Positions 1 to 12,293 of a stretch of DNA of 64,000 nucleotides are shown one piece after another. This DNA comes from Flectonema sp. DT1601 (lineage: Eukaryota): contig OZ025799.1 in assembly GCA_964019425.1 (NCBI GenBank), positions 1,116,001-1,180,000 of the forward strand. Direction: 5' to 3'. How positions within the stretch are numbered: position 1 is the stretch's first letter; every line of letters starts with the position of its first letter. The notes under the pieces are model-generated. The model did no database searches, was not told the DNA's origin, and worked only from the letters and a program-made list of their open reading frames with translations. A program made the position numbers and the translations under genes.

Positions 1-675
1 AACTTTTTTTTTTTTTTTTTTTTTAAATGCCTAGTTAAATATTTGTGTCACAGTTCGCATTCGAAGATTCATCAGATTCCCCCTTGTCCAGAAATATTGT
101 TAGAGGGAGGCAGGGAAAAAAGTTAAACAAGGACACCTCAACACACAAATATATAAAAAAAAGAGAGTAATACCGCCTCCTTAACTGGGTGCACAGAAAT
201 GGGAGAAGAAAAACTCTGTTTTTTCCCCCCACTTTTTTTTTTCGTAGGGGAGGGGACGAAAAAATAATGTCCTGAGCCCCTCTATCGTTACTTGTTTGTT
301 TGGATTTTTTATTTTATTTTTTTCTCTTTTATGGTAGTTGCGTAGTCTGTTGTTGGTGAAGCTACAGCTCCCTATTAGAAGTTTCCACCCCGGCATCCCC
401 TCTCCGCAAGTATATCTCTGTGTGAGCTGGGGCATTTAAAAAAAAAAAAAAAAAAAAAGTAAAAAGGAAAGACCGAGGGCATTTTCCTCCCCTCTTGTTT
501 GTTTTTTTTGTGTCCTAATCCCTATATAGTATGTAACCCTGCTTTTTTTTTTATTTTTATTTTTATTTTGTTTGTCTGAATTTTTATGGAAAAAAAAAAA
601 AAGGAGAGATTTAGTTTTGTGTAAACAAATAGAGTATTTTATTAAACAGGTGAGGTTGTGTCAACAACAGACGAA

Positions 676-3600
676 ATGAATACATACACTCAGTTAGTAG
701 CTGTTTTGGTATTTATGCTACAGAGTACCGTTGCAGAAGACAACAGAATGGTCGCCTACGTCGGAAACTGGCAAGCATGTCCGACAACAACACAAACTAA
801 TCAATACACTGAGCTCTTAATTGGTTTCGCTGTCACCTACACCTGGGCCGCTGCGAAGAACAATTGCAACGTCAACTGCGACATCATAACTCCAGTTCCG
901 ATTTGTAATAATGCGGCTAACCCTGGACTTGTATCTCAATGGCAGGCAGCTGGTAAGAAAGTGATTCTCTCATTCGGAGGTGGAGGTATGGGAGGATCGT
1001 GGGATGGTAAGAACGACTGCTGGGAACACTGCTTCGGGAAGGAAGATCACGTCGTCAGTCAACTAAAACAGATTGTCAGAGATCAGAATTTCGATGGAGT
1101 GGATCTCGACTACGAGTATTACTATGAAAATGGTCAAAGAGGGTCTTCCTTCGCAAGAGGTACGGAAGCTCAAAAGTTCATCCGTGACGTGACTACAAAA
1201 CTGAAACAAGAACTTCCAGCAGGTAAACTTGTGACTCACGCACCTATGGATATTGATTTAGTATCTGGGACTGCATACTTTAATATTGTGAAGTCTATCT
1301 CTTCATCAATTGATTTCATAATGCCACAATATTACAATGGTGTTGTTGACTCTGCTGCTAATGGTTTCACTGGTGGAACTACATCAGGGATAGCACACTA
1401 CACAGCTCTTGTGAATGATGCATTCGGAGGAGATGCTACTAAAGTAGTTTATGGATTTTGTATCTCTCAATGTACTCCTGGAACTATTACTGGAGCTGCT
1501 GCTGCTGCTGTAGTTAAGGAAGTGAATACAAACTTTCCTTGTAACGGTGGGGCCTTCTTTTGGGTTGTTAATATGGACACTGGAGCTACTTGGTCAAGTG
1601 CTGTGAATGCTGAGGTTGCAGTCAACAGAGGATGCTCAACAGGAGGCACACAGGCTCCAGCCATTCCAACAACAGCGTCGCCACCAACACCTGTTCCTGT
1701 TCCAAAACCAACAACTACGGAAGATGGCAGAATGGTCGCCTACGTTGGAAACTGGCAGGCATGTCCGACAACAACACAAACTAATCAATACACTGAGCTC
1801 TTAATTGGTTTCGCTGTCACCTACACCTGGGCCGCTGCGAAGAACAATTGCAACGTCAACTGCGACATCATAACTCCAGTTCCGATTTGTAATAATGCGG
1901 CTAACCCTGGACTTGTATCTCAATGGCAGGCAGCTGGTAAGAAAGTGATTCTCTCATTCGGAGGTGGAGGTATGGGAGGATCATGGGATGGTAAGAACGA
2001 CTGCTGGGAACACTGCTTCGGGAAGGAAGATCACGTCGTCAGTCAACTGAAACAGATTGTCAGAGATCAGAATTTCGATGGAGTGGATCTCGACTACGAA
2101 TATTACTACGAAAACGGTCAAAGAGGGTCTTCCTTCGCAAGAGGTACGGAAGCTCAAAAGTTCATCCGTGACGTGACTACAAAACTGAAACAAGAACTTC
2201 CAGCAGGTAAACTTGTGACTCACGCACCTATGGATATTGATTTAGTATCTGGGACTGCATACTTTAATATTGTGAAGTCTATCTCTTCATCAATTGATTT
2301 CATAATGCCACAATATTACAATGGTGTTGTTGACTCTGCTGCTAATGGTTTCACTGGTGGAACTACATCAGGGATAGCACACTACACAGCTCTTGTGAAT
2401 GATGCATTCGGAGGAGATGCTACTAAAGTAGTTTATGGATTTTGTATCTCTCAATGTACTCCTGGAACTATTACTGGAGCTGCTGCTGCTGCTGTAGTTA
2501 AGGAAGTGAATACAAACTTTCCTTGTAACGGTGGAGCCTTCTTTTGGGTTGTTAATATGGACACTGGAGGTACCTGGTCAAGTGCTGTGAATGCTGAGGT
2601 TGAGAAGATTAGAGGATGCTCAACGGGTAGCACGCAGGCTCCAGCCATTCCAACAACAGCGTCGCCACCAACACCTGTTCCTGTTCCAAAACCAACAACT
2701 AAAGAAGATGGCAGAATGGTCGCCTACGTCGGAAACTGGCAGGCATGTCCGACAACAACACAAACTAATCAATACACTGAGCTCTTAATTGGTTTCGCTG
2801 TCACCTACACCTGGGCCGCTGCGAAGAACAATTGCAACGTCAACTGCGACATCATAACTCCAGTCCCGATTTGTAATAATGCGGCTAACCCTGGACTTGT
2901 ATCTCAATGGCAGGCAGCTGGTAAGAAAGTGATTCTCTCATTCGGAGGTGGAGGTATGGGAGGATCATGGGATGGTAAGAACGACTGCTGGGAACACTGC
3001 TTCGGGAAGGAAGATCACGTCGTCAGTCAACTAAAACAGATTGTCAGAGATCAGAATTTCGACGGAGTGGATCTCGACTACGAGTATTACTACGAAAACG
3101 GTCAAAGAGGGTCTTCCTTCGCAAGAGGTACGGAAGCTCAAAAATTCATCCGTGACGTGACTACAAAACTGAAACAAGAACTTCCAGCAGGTAAACTTGT
3201 GACTCACGCACCTATGGATATTGATTTAGTATCTGGGACTGCATACTTTAATATTGTGAAGTCTATCTCTTCATCAATTGATTTCATAATGCCACAATAT
3301 TACAATGGTGTTGTTGACTCTGCTGCTAATGGTTTCACTGGTGGAACTACATCAGGGATAGCACACTACACAGCTCTTGTGAATGATGCATTCGGAGGAG
3401 ATGCTACTAAAGTAGTTTATGGGTTTTGTATCTCTCAATGTACTCCTGGAACTATTACTGGAGCTGCTGCTGCTGCTGTAGTTAAGGAAGTGAATACAAA
3501 CTTTCCTTGTAACGGTGGAGCCTTCTTTTGGGTTGTTAATATGGACACTGGAGGTACCTGGTCAAGTGCTGTGAATGCTGAGGTTGAGAAGATTAGAGGA

Positions 3601-5349
3601 TGTTCTGCATCGACAACAACCGCGCCAACTCCGATCCCAACGCTTGTGCCGACACTCGTACCGACATCAATGCCAACCAGCGTTCCTACTGCTGTGCCAA
3701 CTAACGCACCAACGGCTGTACCTACTGCTGTTCCTACAGCCGTTCCGACTGCAGTTCCGACAATGACACCCACCATGGTGCCAACAGCAGTACCAACGGC
3801 AGTCCCAACCAATGCACCAGGTGCGCCTCCAACAGCTGTTCCAACAGCAATGCCCACGGCAGTTCCAACAGCAATGCCCACAGCAGTTCCGACTGTAGTA
3901 CCAACTGCTGTCCCGACCGCCACTCCGACGGCTGTTCCGACCGCGGTTCCGACTATGGTACCAACGGCAATCCCAACCAATACGCCAGGTGCGCCACCAA
4001 CAGCTGTTCCGACTACGGTACCAACCGCAGTCCCGACCTTAATTCCAACAATGATACCCACCATGATGCCAACAGCAGTACCAACGGCAGTTCCCACGGC
4101 AGTCCCAACAAATACACCAGGTGCGCCTCCAACAGCTGTTCCAACAGCTATGCCTACAACAGTTCCGACTATGGTACCAACGTCTATCCCGACAGCAATC
4201 CCAACAAATACACCGGGTGCGCCTCCAACAGCAGTCCCGACAGCCACTCCGACAGAAGTCCCTACAGCGATGCCGACTGCAGTTCCAACAGCGATCCCAA
4301 CAAATACACCGGGTGCGCCACCAACAGCAGTTCCGACTACGGTACCAACCGCCGTCCCGACCTTAATTCCAACAATGATACCCACCATGATGCCAACAGC
4401 AGTACCAACGGCAGTTCCCACGGCAGTCCCAACTAATACACCAGGTGCGCCTCCAACAGCTGTTCCAACAGCTATGCCTACAGCAGTTCCGACTATGGTA
4501 CCAACGGCTATCCCGACAGCAATCCCAACAAATACACCAGGTGCGCCTCCAACAGCTGTTCCGACGGCAATGCCTACGGCAGTTCCGACTATGATACCAA
4601 CGGCTATCCCGACAGCGATCCCAACAAATACACCTGGTGTACCCCCAACAGCTGTTCCAACAGCTATGCCTACAACAGTTCCGACTATGGTACCAACAGC
4701 TATCCCAACAGCGATCCCAACAAATACGCCTGGTGTACCCCCAACAGCTGTTCCGACTATGATTCCAACGGCTATCCCGACAGCTGTACCGACCAATACG
4801 CCTGGTGTACCCCCAACAGCTGTTCCGACTATGATTCCAACGGCTATCCCGACAGCTGTACCGACCAATACACCTGGTGTACCCCCAACAGCAGTCCCCA
4901 CAGCGATGCCGACCGCAGTAATCCCAACAAATAAACCGGGTGTACCTCCAACAGCAGTTCCTACAGCAATGCCTACAACAGTTCCGACTATGGTACCACC
5001 GACAGCGATCCCAACAAATACACCTGGTGTACCCCCAACAGCTGTTCCGACGACAATGCCTACAGCAAACCCAACAATGGCACCTGGCGTTCCTCCAACA
5101 GAAAACCCAACAGTGGCACCCGACGTTAACGCCAACGGTGCAGGAGGTGCTGATTCGGAAGACGACTCGTCTTTCAACTGGCTTTGGGTAATTATTCCTC
5201 TTCTCATTGTGTTCAGTGCCTGCGGTGCTATCGCCTTCTTCCTGATTCGGAAGAAACAAGATGACCTTTCTCTTACCGACTTCCACGAGCTTATGACAGC
5301 AGAGCCTGACACTGACACTGTGCAGCCTGCGCAGCAGGGAAGGGTTTGA
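676..5349 (+). CDS. Membrane-anchored chitinase-like protein: signal peptide, three near-identical GH18 domains, long Pro/Thr (PTAVP) stalk, C-terminal TM helix
   Basis: GH18 catalytic motif FDGVDLDYE (DxxDxDxE) and KVILSFGG occur three times with a 984-nt period; hydrophobic N-terminus from ATG 676; TM segment [23 protein letters not shown] followed by RKK. Confidence 0.9.
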   Translation: MNTYTQLVAVLVFMLQSTVAEDNRMVAYVGNWQACPTTTQTNQYTELLIGFAVTYTWAAAKNNCNVNCDIITPVPICNNAANPGLVSQWQAAGKKVILSFGGGGMGGSWDGKNDCWEHCFGKEDHVVSQLKQIVRDQNFDGVDLDYEYYYENGQRGSSFARGTEAQKFIRDVTTKLKQELPAGKLVTHAPMDIDLVSGTAYFNIVKSISSSIDFIMPQYYNGVVDSAANGFTGGTTSGIAHYTALVNDAFGGDATKVVYGFCISQCTPGTITGAAAAAVVKEVNTNFPCNGGAFFWVVNMDTGATWSSAVNAEVAVNRGCSTGGTQAPAIPTTASPPTPVPVPKPTTTEDGRMVAYVGNWQACPTTTQTNQYTELLIGFAVTYTWAAAKNNCNVNCDIITPVPICNNAANPGLVSQWQAAGKKVILSFGGGGMGGSWDGKNDCWEHCFGKEDHVVSQLKQIVRDQNFDGVDLDYEYYYENGQRGSSFARGTEAQKFIRDVTTKLKQELPAGKLVTHAPMDIDLVSGTAYFNIVKSISSSIDFIMPQYYNGVVDSAANGFTGGTTSGIAHYTALVNDAFGGDATKVVYGFCISQCTPGTITGAAAAAVVKEVNTNFPCNGGAFFWVVNMDTGGTWSSAVNAEVEKIRGCSTGSTQAPAIPTTASPPTPVPVPKPTTKEDGRMVAYVGNWQACPTTTQTNQYTELLIGFAVTYTWAAAKNNCNVNCDIITPVPICNNAANPGLVSQWQAAGKKVILSFGGGGMGGSWDGKNDCWEHCFGKEDHVVSQLKQIVRDQNFDGVDLDYEYYYENGQRGSSFARGTEAQKFIRDVTTKLKQELPAGKLVTHAPMDIDLVSGTAYFNIVKSISSSIDFIMPQYYNGVVDSAANGFTGGTTSGIAHYTALVNDAFGGDATKVVYGFCISQCTPGTITGAAAAAVVKEVNTNFPCNGGAFFWVVNMDTGGTWSSAVNAEVEKIRGCSASTTTAPTPIPTLVPTLVPTSMPTSVPTAVPTNAPTAVPTAVPTAVPTAVPTMTPTMVPTAVPTAVPTNAPGAPPTAVPTAMPTAVPTAMPTAVPTVVPTAVPTATPTAVPTAVPTMVPTAIPTNTPGAPPTAVPTTVPTAVPTLIPTMIPTMMPTAVPTAVPTAVPTNTPGAPPTAVPTAMPTTVPTMVPTSIPTAIPTNTPGAPPTAVPTATPTEVPTAMPTAVPTAIPTNTPGAPPTAVPTTVPTAVPTLIPTMIPTMMPTAVPTAVPTAVPTNTPGAPPTAVPTAMPTAVPTMVPTAIPTAIPTNTPGAPPTAVPTAMPTAVPTMIPTAIPTAIPTNTPGVPPTAVPTAMPTTVPTMVPTAIPTAIPTNTPGVPPTAVPTMIPTAIPTAVPTNTPGVPPTAVPTMIPTAIPTAVPTNTPGVPPTAVPTAMPTAVIPTNKPGVPPTAVPTAMPTTVPTMVPPTAIPTNTPGVPPTAVPTTMPTANPTMAPGVPPTENPTVAPDVNANGAGGADSEDDSSFNWLWVIIPLLIVFSACGAIAFFLIRKKQDDLSLTDFHELMTAEPDTDTVQPAQQGRV
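745..3600 (+). repeat. Three tandem ~984-bp intragenic repeats (GH18 domains)
   Basis: AGAATGGTCGCCTAC recurs at ~745, ~1729 and ~2713; units are nearly identical at DNA level. Confidence 0.95.
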
Positions 5350-5683
5350 ATATGTGGTTAGTCTTTTTAGTAGTCTCTCTCCATCAATCTTGTGGGTCTG
5401 AATCATGATCCAACAACCATTCTGATAAATCTGTTTCTGCTCTTTCCTTTTTCTTCTTTAAGTTGGAATTACTGCTGTATTGCACAACGCTGCCATCTCT
5501 ATGTATTGGTAGGCTGTCCTCACACTAGTGCCATACGTCGTGGCGCAAACTTCTCACTACTGGGCTTAGTCGCCTAATCGCTATCAGACGAACTTACAGC
5601 TTTTACTGTTTTTATAATTATAGTCATTTTTGTTTGTGTTTGCCACTGTTTGCCGCAGTTTCTCAATTTCTTTTTTTGGGTTA

Positions 5684-6106
5684 TGGCCCAAAATACACCG
5701 AACCTGTGTGACTGGGGCTCTGGGGGTCCTCATAGCTCGTTTTTGGGCGGTCCCACGAATTTCATATATAACTACTTAAAATACTAGAGGTGTCAGGCAG
5801 GAGACAAGAAGAATCTTGAGTGATACAGCTCGGTATTTGTGCAGAGTTGGGTCAACTACGCAGAGATAAGTCTCCGCTACAAAAACCAAGTATACACGAT
5901 CAGTAGCCTAGGGCTTGACATGAATATGACGAAACCATTTAATGTTCTCAAATCCGAATTCGGGTGAGACGGTGGGACTTTTTAGGGCTCCCTCAGGATA
6001 CACCAAATCAAAAGATTATGGTACATTCCTTCAGACATTATGAGAGCCTTACCTTAAATTGGTTGAGAAACAACCCATCTCAGCAATTTCGGTGTATTTT
6101 TGGCCA
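5684..6106. mobile_element. MITE-like non-autonomous DNA element
   Basis: 19-bp terminal inverted repeat with one mismatch (TGGCCCAAAATACACCGAA 5684-5702 / TTCGGTGTATTTTTGGCCA 6088-6106); internal sequence recurs, diverged, at ~10148-10445. Confidence 0.65.
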
Positions 6107-6924
6107 CTGCTTTCATTTTAACAAGTATTGAAAAGCTATTTAAAAAAAAAAAAAAATCCCTTCAGCTTTCTCAGTTTTAAATCGGTTTTTCGTACACAAG
6201 TGACATCTAAATCGCAGGAATTTGATTTCCTGCTTCTCTTTATTCTACAAAAACCTCGCAATCGGATTTGGTCAGTTTTTCGTTGCTTTTGTACGTAATA
6301 CCGTGTCATCGAGTTTAATTTCCCTGTAAAATAGTTAAGTCATCACTATAGTTCACTGTATCATTAACTGATATGTTAACTTATCGTTTTTTTTAAGGTT
6401 ATGATACAATACAGTTTTTTTTTTTTGTGTTTTTTTAAACGAAATCGAAAAAAATTAATTTTCCTTTTTTTTTAAAAAAAAAAAATATCATTATTCACAA
6501 CCCTACTACGGTGGGTTATCCACTGTGAGAATTATAAACATTTTTTTTCGTTGTTGCTGTGGTTTTTTTTGGTTGCAGATATTCTTCTTTGTGCGACGTC
6601 ATTATTACCTCTTTTTACTCTCTTCTTTTTTTTTTAAAAAAAAAATTTTTCCAGTTGATCTCAATGAAACCATTCGAATCGGTTTTCTAAAAAAAAAGAA
6701 TTTTCTGATAAATTTTTAAAAATAAAGATTTTCCTAACTCCATAAAGAACTGCTTAAAATCCACAAAAAAAAAAAAAAAAAATCTTTCCCGTTGGCCCAC
6801 ATATTATTATTATTAATGCTTCCCCCTGTTAGACGAAAAGTATGACGCAGGCAATGCAACAACAAAAAAAAAAAAAAATGAAATAAAAACTGAGTCGCGA
6901 TTGAGACACAATCTGCTGATTTTA

Positions 6925-6958
<34 letters not shown>

Positions 6959-9900
6959 CTTCATATTTGTCAACATTTATTATTTCAAAAAAAATAAATA
7001 AATAAATTATTATTATTTTTTTTTTTTACTTACATCACCTAGAGTACAAACATACGCTATAGTCCAAAGAACAAATAATATTTCTCTCAAAGAAATTTTT
7101 TGTGCGTATTTTTTTTTTTTTTTTGAACCACTTTTTTATTCAGATTGAAGTAATAATATTATGATTGTTAGTTAGTTAGTTAGCAAGTCCATCAGACCAC
7201 CGAGTATCGGTTAGGCAGACACTCAAGAGTACCGGGTGGCTCTTCTGAGGGTCCCCAATACTGCGGTATGATTGTCTCTTAATCTGAACGGTTCGTCGTG
7301 AAAAAAAAAAAAAACCACACACGCAAAATTCATTTAATGCGGCATCAGCTTTTTCATAATATGAAAATAAGTACTGTAGGACAAGTCTTCTTTTTACTTG
7401 CAGACCAAAAGTGACATTCGTTTTCGTCCTGTGGTGGGTTTAAATAAAAATCTGTTTTTTTTTTTTTTTTTAATGTTAGTAGCACACGTGTAAGCCTCCT
7501 TTAGCTTTATCAGTTTAAGTCGGTTCACGGTTGTGCAACAAAGTGTAAAATGCAACAAAGTGTAAAATTTAAGATAACAATTCTATTTTTTTTTTTTTTG
7601 TTGGTTAAATTTCATCCACATTTAGTCATTGGAACATTATGTGTGGGTAGTCGGCTGTATTACAATGAACTGCCGGCCCATGAATATTTAAGTTGTTGAA
7701 TAATTAATTCCTTACCGTGCTGAATGACAACAAGAAAATATATGGTAACTGAAATTACAATATTTGCGGAGTGTCTTAGCTATTCAAGTGTATCATATTT
7801 ATGCTCAAAACTGGTTGTTTTTAAAAAAAAAAAAAAAAAAAAACAGCAGTTCCTGTGTCCAGAAGCTCTTAATTAATTTGGTGTATGCTCAGCTTGTGAA
7901 AAATTTGCTTAACTTTTTTTTTCCCACAAGTTGGTGATACCAACGAGGGTGATCCTTTTTTTTTCCTCTTCTTTTTTTTTTTTTTTTCTTGTTCTTTTGT
8001 TAACTTCCCTGACTTAGATAAATAATGCAAATTTCAAGTACGTTAAAAGAATGGTTTGTCCTTTCTTCTGTTCTGTATTCTAAGATGTGTAAATTTTAGG
8101 ATACAGATATCCGACTATACTGCTACTGAAAAATCGAACGCTTACATTTTAATTTTATTTTTCTAATTATTTTTTTTTTAAAATCCTTCTTTGTTGGTAA
8201 ACGAGGGAACAGAAGTGTCTCGTGACTCCAAAAAAAAAAAAAAAAAAAAATTAGACTGTGACATGATTTGCGAGTCCAAGGGAAGTTTCATATTTTCTTA
8301 TTTGCGGTATTTTACCAAATGCTTATTCTTTGTTAGCAGATGGTTTGATAGCTGACTAACGTCCATGCTAAAGCGCATTTCTCTGATGTGCTTGCTTTTG
8401 TTCTTTTTTTTTTTGTTTTTTTCGTTATAAATCCTTCTCTCTCATTCGCACAGTTACGTGTTTTTCATCGTTAAAGTGAATACCACAGCCCAGGCCGTTG
8501 TTTTCGACACTACTAACACGCAGATCATTCTATTTGTGTAGCCAGATTCCTTTCTCTACCCCATACGCTCTATCTGGCCTTTGAGACCTATCCCATCCTA
8601 TGATTCTGACATGCTTTTTTTTCAAATTTTCTTCGAAGCAACAAATTATTGACAACAATATTGAATTAGTCTGAGCATTTAGCAAAAAATTGTGATTTTG
8701 TGCAATAAAACAGAATCACTGCTATTAATTCTCTGGATTTCAACAAAAATTAAATTGTATGGTCTGGTGTGGTATGCAGTTGCTCTGCATTGTTGGTATA
8801 GACCGATTCTCTTTTTTCTTTTCTCAAAGGATCTCTCTCTGATGAGCGTCTTGTAAATCGCGAGCTGCAGTTTGTTTGCTTTTCCTTCATGGAGAGCTTT
8901 CCATTTCAATATCTGTGGACCCAACTCTTTCCTTATTCTTGTTTATCTGTTTGAGTGGAAGGGAATGTGTCGTGTGATGTGTGATTGTTTTTCAATAGCA
9001 AAATCACATTCCTCCCTCTTGTTTTAGTTGCATGTGATCGTATCGTGTTTAAGCAATAATAATATTTCCCTTCAACTTACAAAATGTGTGTTTTCGTGAT
9101 AGGCATTACTCCTTAACTTTGGGGTGGACGAGTGTGTTAATGTAGAGTGGCGAGACATTCATTGATTTCATTAAGTTCTTTCTGTTTTCTCACGTCCCCA
9201 CTTTAGAACCTTTATGTGCCTTCCTTCTGTAAAAGCAAGTCAGTTTCTGCTTTACATGTCGGGATCCTTCTCTTCAATTAATTCTTACATGAGTCAGTCA
9301 TGCGAAAGGAATTAAAGTAAATTAAATTGCACACATTTCGTCTTCTGTTTTTTTTTTTCTTCTCTGAGTTACCTTCTTTTCCTTCTTCTATTTGCTAATG
9401 AGATTTCTTAGTGAGGAAGAAAAAAGAAAAAAGGTTAGTTTGGTTACTCACTGTTGTGCATGTGAAGCTTGACAAGAAGAAGTGGAAGCAGCATGTCCCA
9501 ACAGTGAGCAAACAGACTGCTTTCACGTGAAGTGAGGCATTTCTTTCAATGGCTTTTTACAGCATAAACAAAATAACAACGTCTAGAATTAAAAAATTCA
9601 TCTGCAGAAGAAGAAAGCTGAGTGCAAATCCACAAAACAAAACATATCTCATCTATCTCTTGCATAATGCCGGATGGTTTCCCCGGATCTACTTCCAACG
9701 TGTGGTAACTTCAGTGGTAATTACTATTTAATGTCACTTCAGGTTATAACATCATGAGTTCAATAATCGGAATTGAGCCTGAGTGTCGAAAATGCGGGAA
9801 AGGAAGGCTAACAAGTGTAATTCGCTTTCCATCACAAAATGCACCTGAGAAAGAAGACCTTTCTGGGTGCAGGCAACGGAGAAAAAAAAGTTAAGGTGAC

Positions 9901-10147
9901 AGGCAACGGAGAAAATTTTTATGTAGGCAAAAGATGGTGGATTCTCGGAAAAAAAACTTGGTGGATTTTTAAAAAAGTATGAAAGTACACATTTTGACTG
10001 TAAAATGGTAGTTTTTTAGGTATGAAATTTTTCACACTATGCAGAATTTTTTGAAAAAATGGGATCCTTTTGAACCCCATGGGGATTTTTTTTTCTCCCA
10101 AAAAAAAATTTTCCTACATAAGGCAAGGCCATCCGACGAGATGAGTG

Positions 10148-10445
10148 AAATACACCGAACCTGTGTGACCTGGCTAGGCCGAACCTGTGTGCCCCTGGAT
10201 CGGCATAGCTCGGTATAGGGGTACAGGAGACAAGAGAAATCCAGCATCATGAATCTTTAGAAGAGTGATACAGCTCGGTATGTGTGCAGGGCCGGGTCAC
10301 CTACGCAGAGACAAGTCTCCGCTACACGTCGTACCAACCAAGATGAGGTATGAGAGCGCAAAAACCAAGTATACACGATCAGCGGCCTAGGGCTTGACAT
10401 GAATAGCTGTGGAGTGGCGAAACCATTTAGTGTTCTCAAGTCTGA
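10148..10445. repeat. Diverged partial copy of the 5684-6106 repeat
   Basis: Shared blocks AAATACACCGAACCTGTGTGAC, GAGTGATACAGCTCGGTAT, AAGTCTCCGCTAC, AAAAACCAAGTATACACGATCAG, CCTAGGGCTTGACATGAATA. Confidence 0.8.
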
Positions 10446-11722
10446 GATCACCTCACTGAGCTACACAGTACTGTCCTTTCGGAGTTTCTGTGAAAGTAGC
10501 CCACGGAACACTTTTCTAAAGATTCAATCAGCCGAACTACTCCGTTACTGACTTTCACTTGATTAGCGAGCTACTAGTATATATTATTATGTCACCTGTT
10601 GAAAAGGGAGTACTAAGAGGTTGATTCAGGCGCTGTCACTATCCACCCAATTTGCGGCCCTTGAATGTTCTTCGTTTTTGTGAGCTCCTTCATCCATTTT
10701 GACATGGGTTCGCTCCTTTTGGACCTTTCCCTTTCGCAGCGCACTTTAAAGTTTCTCGGGAAAACCTACAGGTTTTTCTTTCGCTATTCACCGAAAGTGA
10801 TATTTGGATTTTTCGCTGTTGGTAAGAAAACAAGGTTTTTCTTCGTTCCCAAATACACCCAAATATACAGGGATGGCCGAGATGGGTTGGTTCTCAATGA
10901 GGGAAGGAGTAATTTAAGGTAAAGCAAGTGCTGTAATTACAACTAATACATGCAGGCCTTGATTGCATTACGAAAAATACTATCATGGCTGGTTTTATAA
11001 AAGCAGGTATTGTCAATCCTGCAAAATCACCCGAGCTCCTGAAGTCCGTGTTTCCTAATACCGCACCTCATACCTCGGTGGGGTCACACTGGCTACTGGC
11101 TATTACAACGATTGGAGAAGGGACTCCTTAGTTGTAGTTGGCCTCGTCTAGACTGCATCACCAGCACTACCAAAGCTGCGCTCCTTGCTGCTTTTAGGAA
11201 TTTTGGCATCATTCATTAAGACCGGTGTGCAACCAGCTACCAACAACGTTATTTGTGGATATGTTGTCCTGATGTGTATCTGGAAGCAACCTCAACATTC
11301 AAGACATAGTTTTCAATCCCCCACCAGGTTGGTACACAAGACCAGCCTGAGAACTTTAACCAGTTCAAAATTTAGTATCAGGTCTGGAATCCGAATTTTG
11401 CTAAGTGTTTTCTGTGAATGATTGTACTAAAAAAACTTGCGATATAATAAAGATGGTGGATTTGACATGATGTTGCGCAGAAACATCCTCCCTTTCAAAA
11501 TATGGGAGGGAATAACATGCAGCTGCCATGAATGGTAGAGCGACACTGTCAACTTTGTTAGTTCTGCTGAATGTGCAACAACGCACCTTTTCTCTTTTTT
11601 GAAAAAACAGTAAAATTTTAGACGTTGTTTTGGGAGTGTAAGGGTTAACGAAAATTATCGCAGACCGATTATTTTTATTTTCTCTCAGGGCATGTTGGTG
11701 GCAAATTATCAAAGTTGTGGGG

Positions 11723-11733
11723 AAAAAAAAAAA
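11723..11733 (-). terminator. Pol III oligo-T terminator of tRNA-Gln
   Basis: A11 run on + strand directly 3' of the tRNA. Confidence 0.8.
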
Positions 11734-11805
11734 CGCTCCCACTCGGGTTTGAACCGAGGCTGCTGGATTCAAAGTCCAGAGTGCTATCCACTACACCATA
11801 GGAGC
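11734..11805 (-). tRNA. tRNA-Gln (anticodon TTG)
   Basis: Reverse complement GCTCCTATGGTGTAGTGGATAGCACTCTGGACTTTGAATCCAGCAGCCTCGGTTCAAACCCGAGTGGGAGCG folds as a cloverleaf; A/B boxes present; T11 run follows immediately. Confidence 0.95.
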
Positions 11806-12293
11806 CCCCGACCAAATTTCCTTTTTTCTTTTTTTTGGTTACACTCGTCTGTGCTTCCAGACTCTTTGTTTTTGTTCTTTTCACTTCTTTGTTTTGTCTT
11901 TCTTTTATACTTTCTTTTGGTTTAAGTCTGACAAATTGGAAAACACGGGAAACATAGGTAGGCTCCGCCTGAGGACGTAAGAAGAGCGGCAACGGAAAAA
12001 TAAATGGTCACGCGTCCTTGAAATTGGACACACGAAGCTAATTCGGTTACCATTCCTACCATCGATAAGGAAAACAAAGAGTCGAGCATATAACTAGAGC
12101 GGTGGTCAAAGACCACTTGAACAGCCCGAAGGCCTGCCCTCAAGAGAAATTTATAAGGAGAATAGGAGAAGAAGGAGACAGGAGTGTTGGAAGAGACACT
12201 GAGACAACACCGAAGGTGATGTGCAGTTACCCAACCAGGAGATGATTGATAATGATGAAAATACTAAATATTGATAAAACACTTAAATGGCGA

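Noticed and set aside
3435..5406. Long minus-strand ORFs (627 aa and 347 aa)
   Set aside because: Antisense shadows of the Pro/Thr repeat region of the chitinase
7166..7183. (GTTA)n run as a telomeric repeat
   Set aside because: Four-unit microsatellite, not TTAGGG
8450..11420. Possible highly decayed LINE fragments (e.g. LQLAIYKTLIR, LVAGCTP)
   Set aside because: Motif resemblance is too short and broken to support boundaries or a family
11960..12020. Hammerhead-like CTGAGGA...GAAA in the shared 3' UTR (+ strand)
   Set aside because: I could not build convincing stems I and III or a cleavage triplet by eye; needs an Infernal or RNAMotif test
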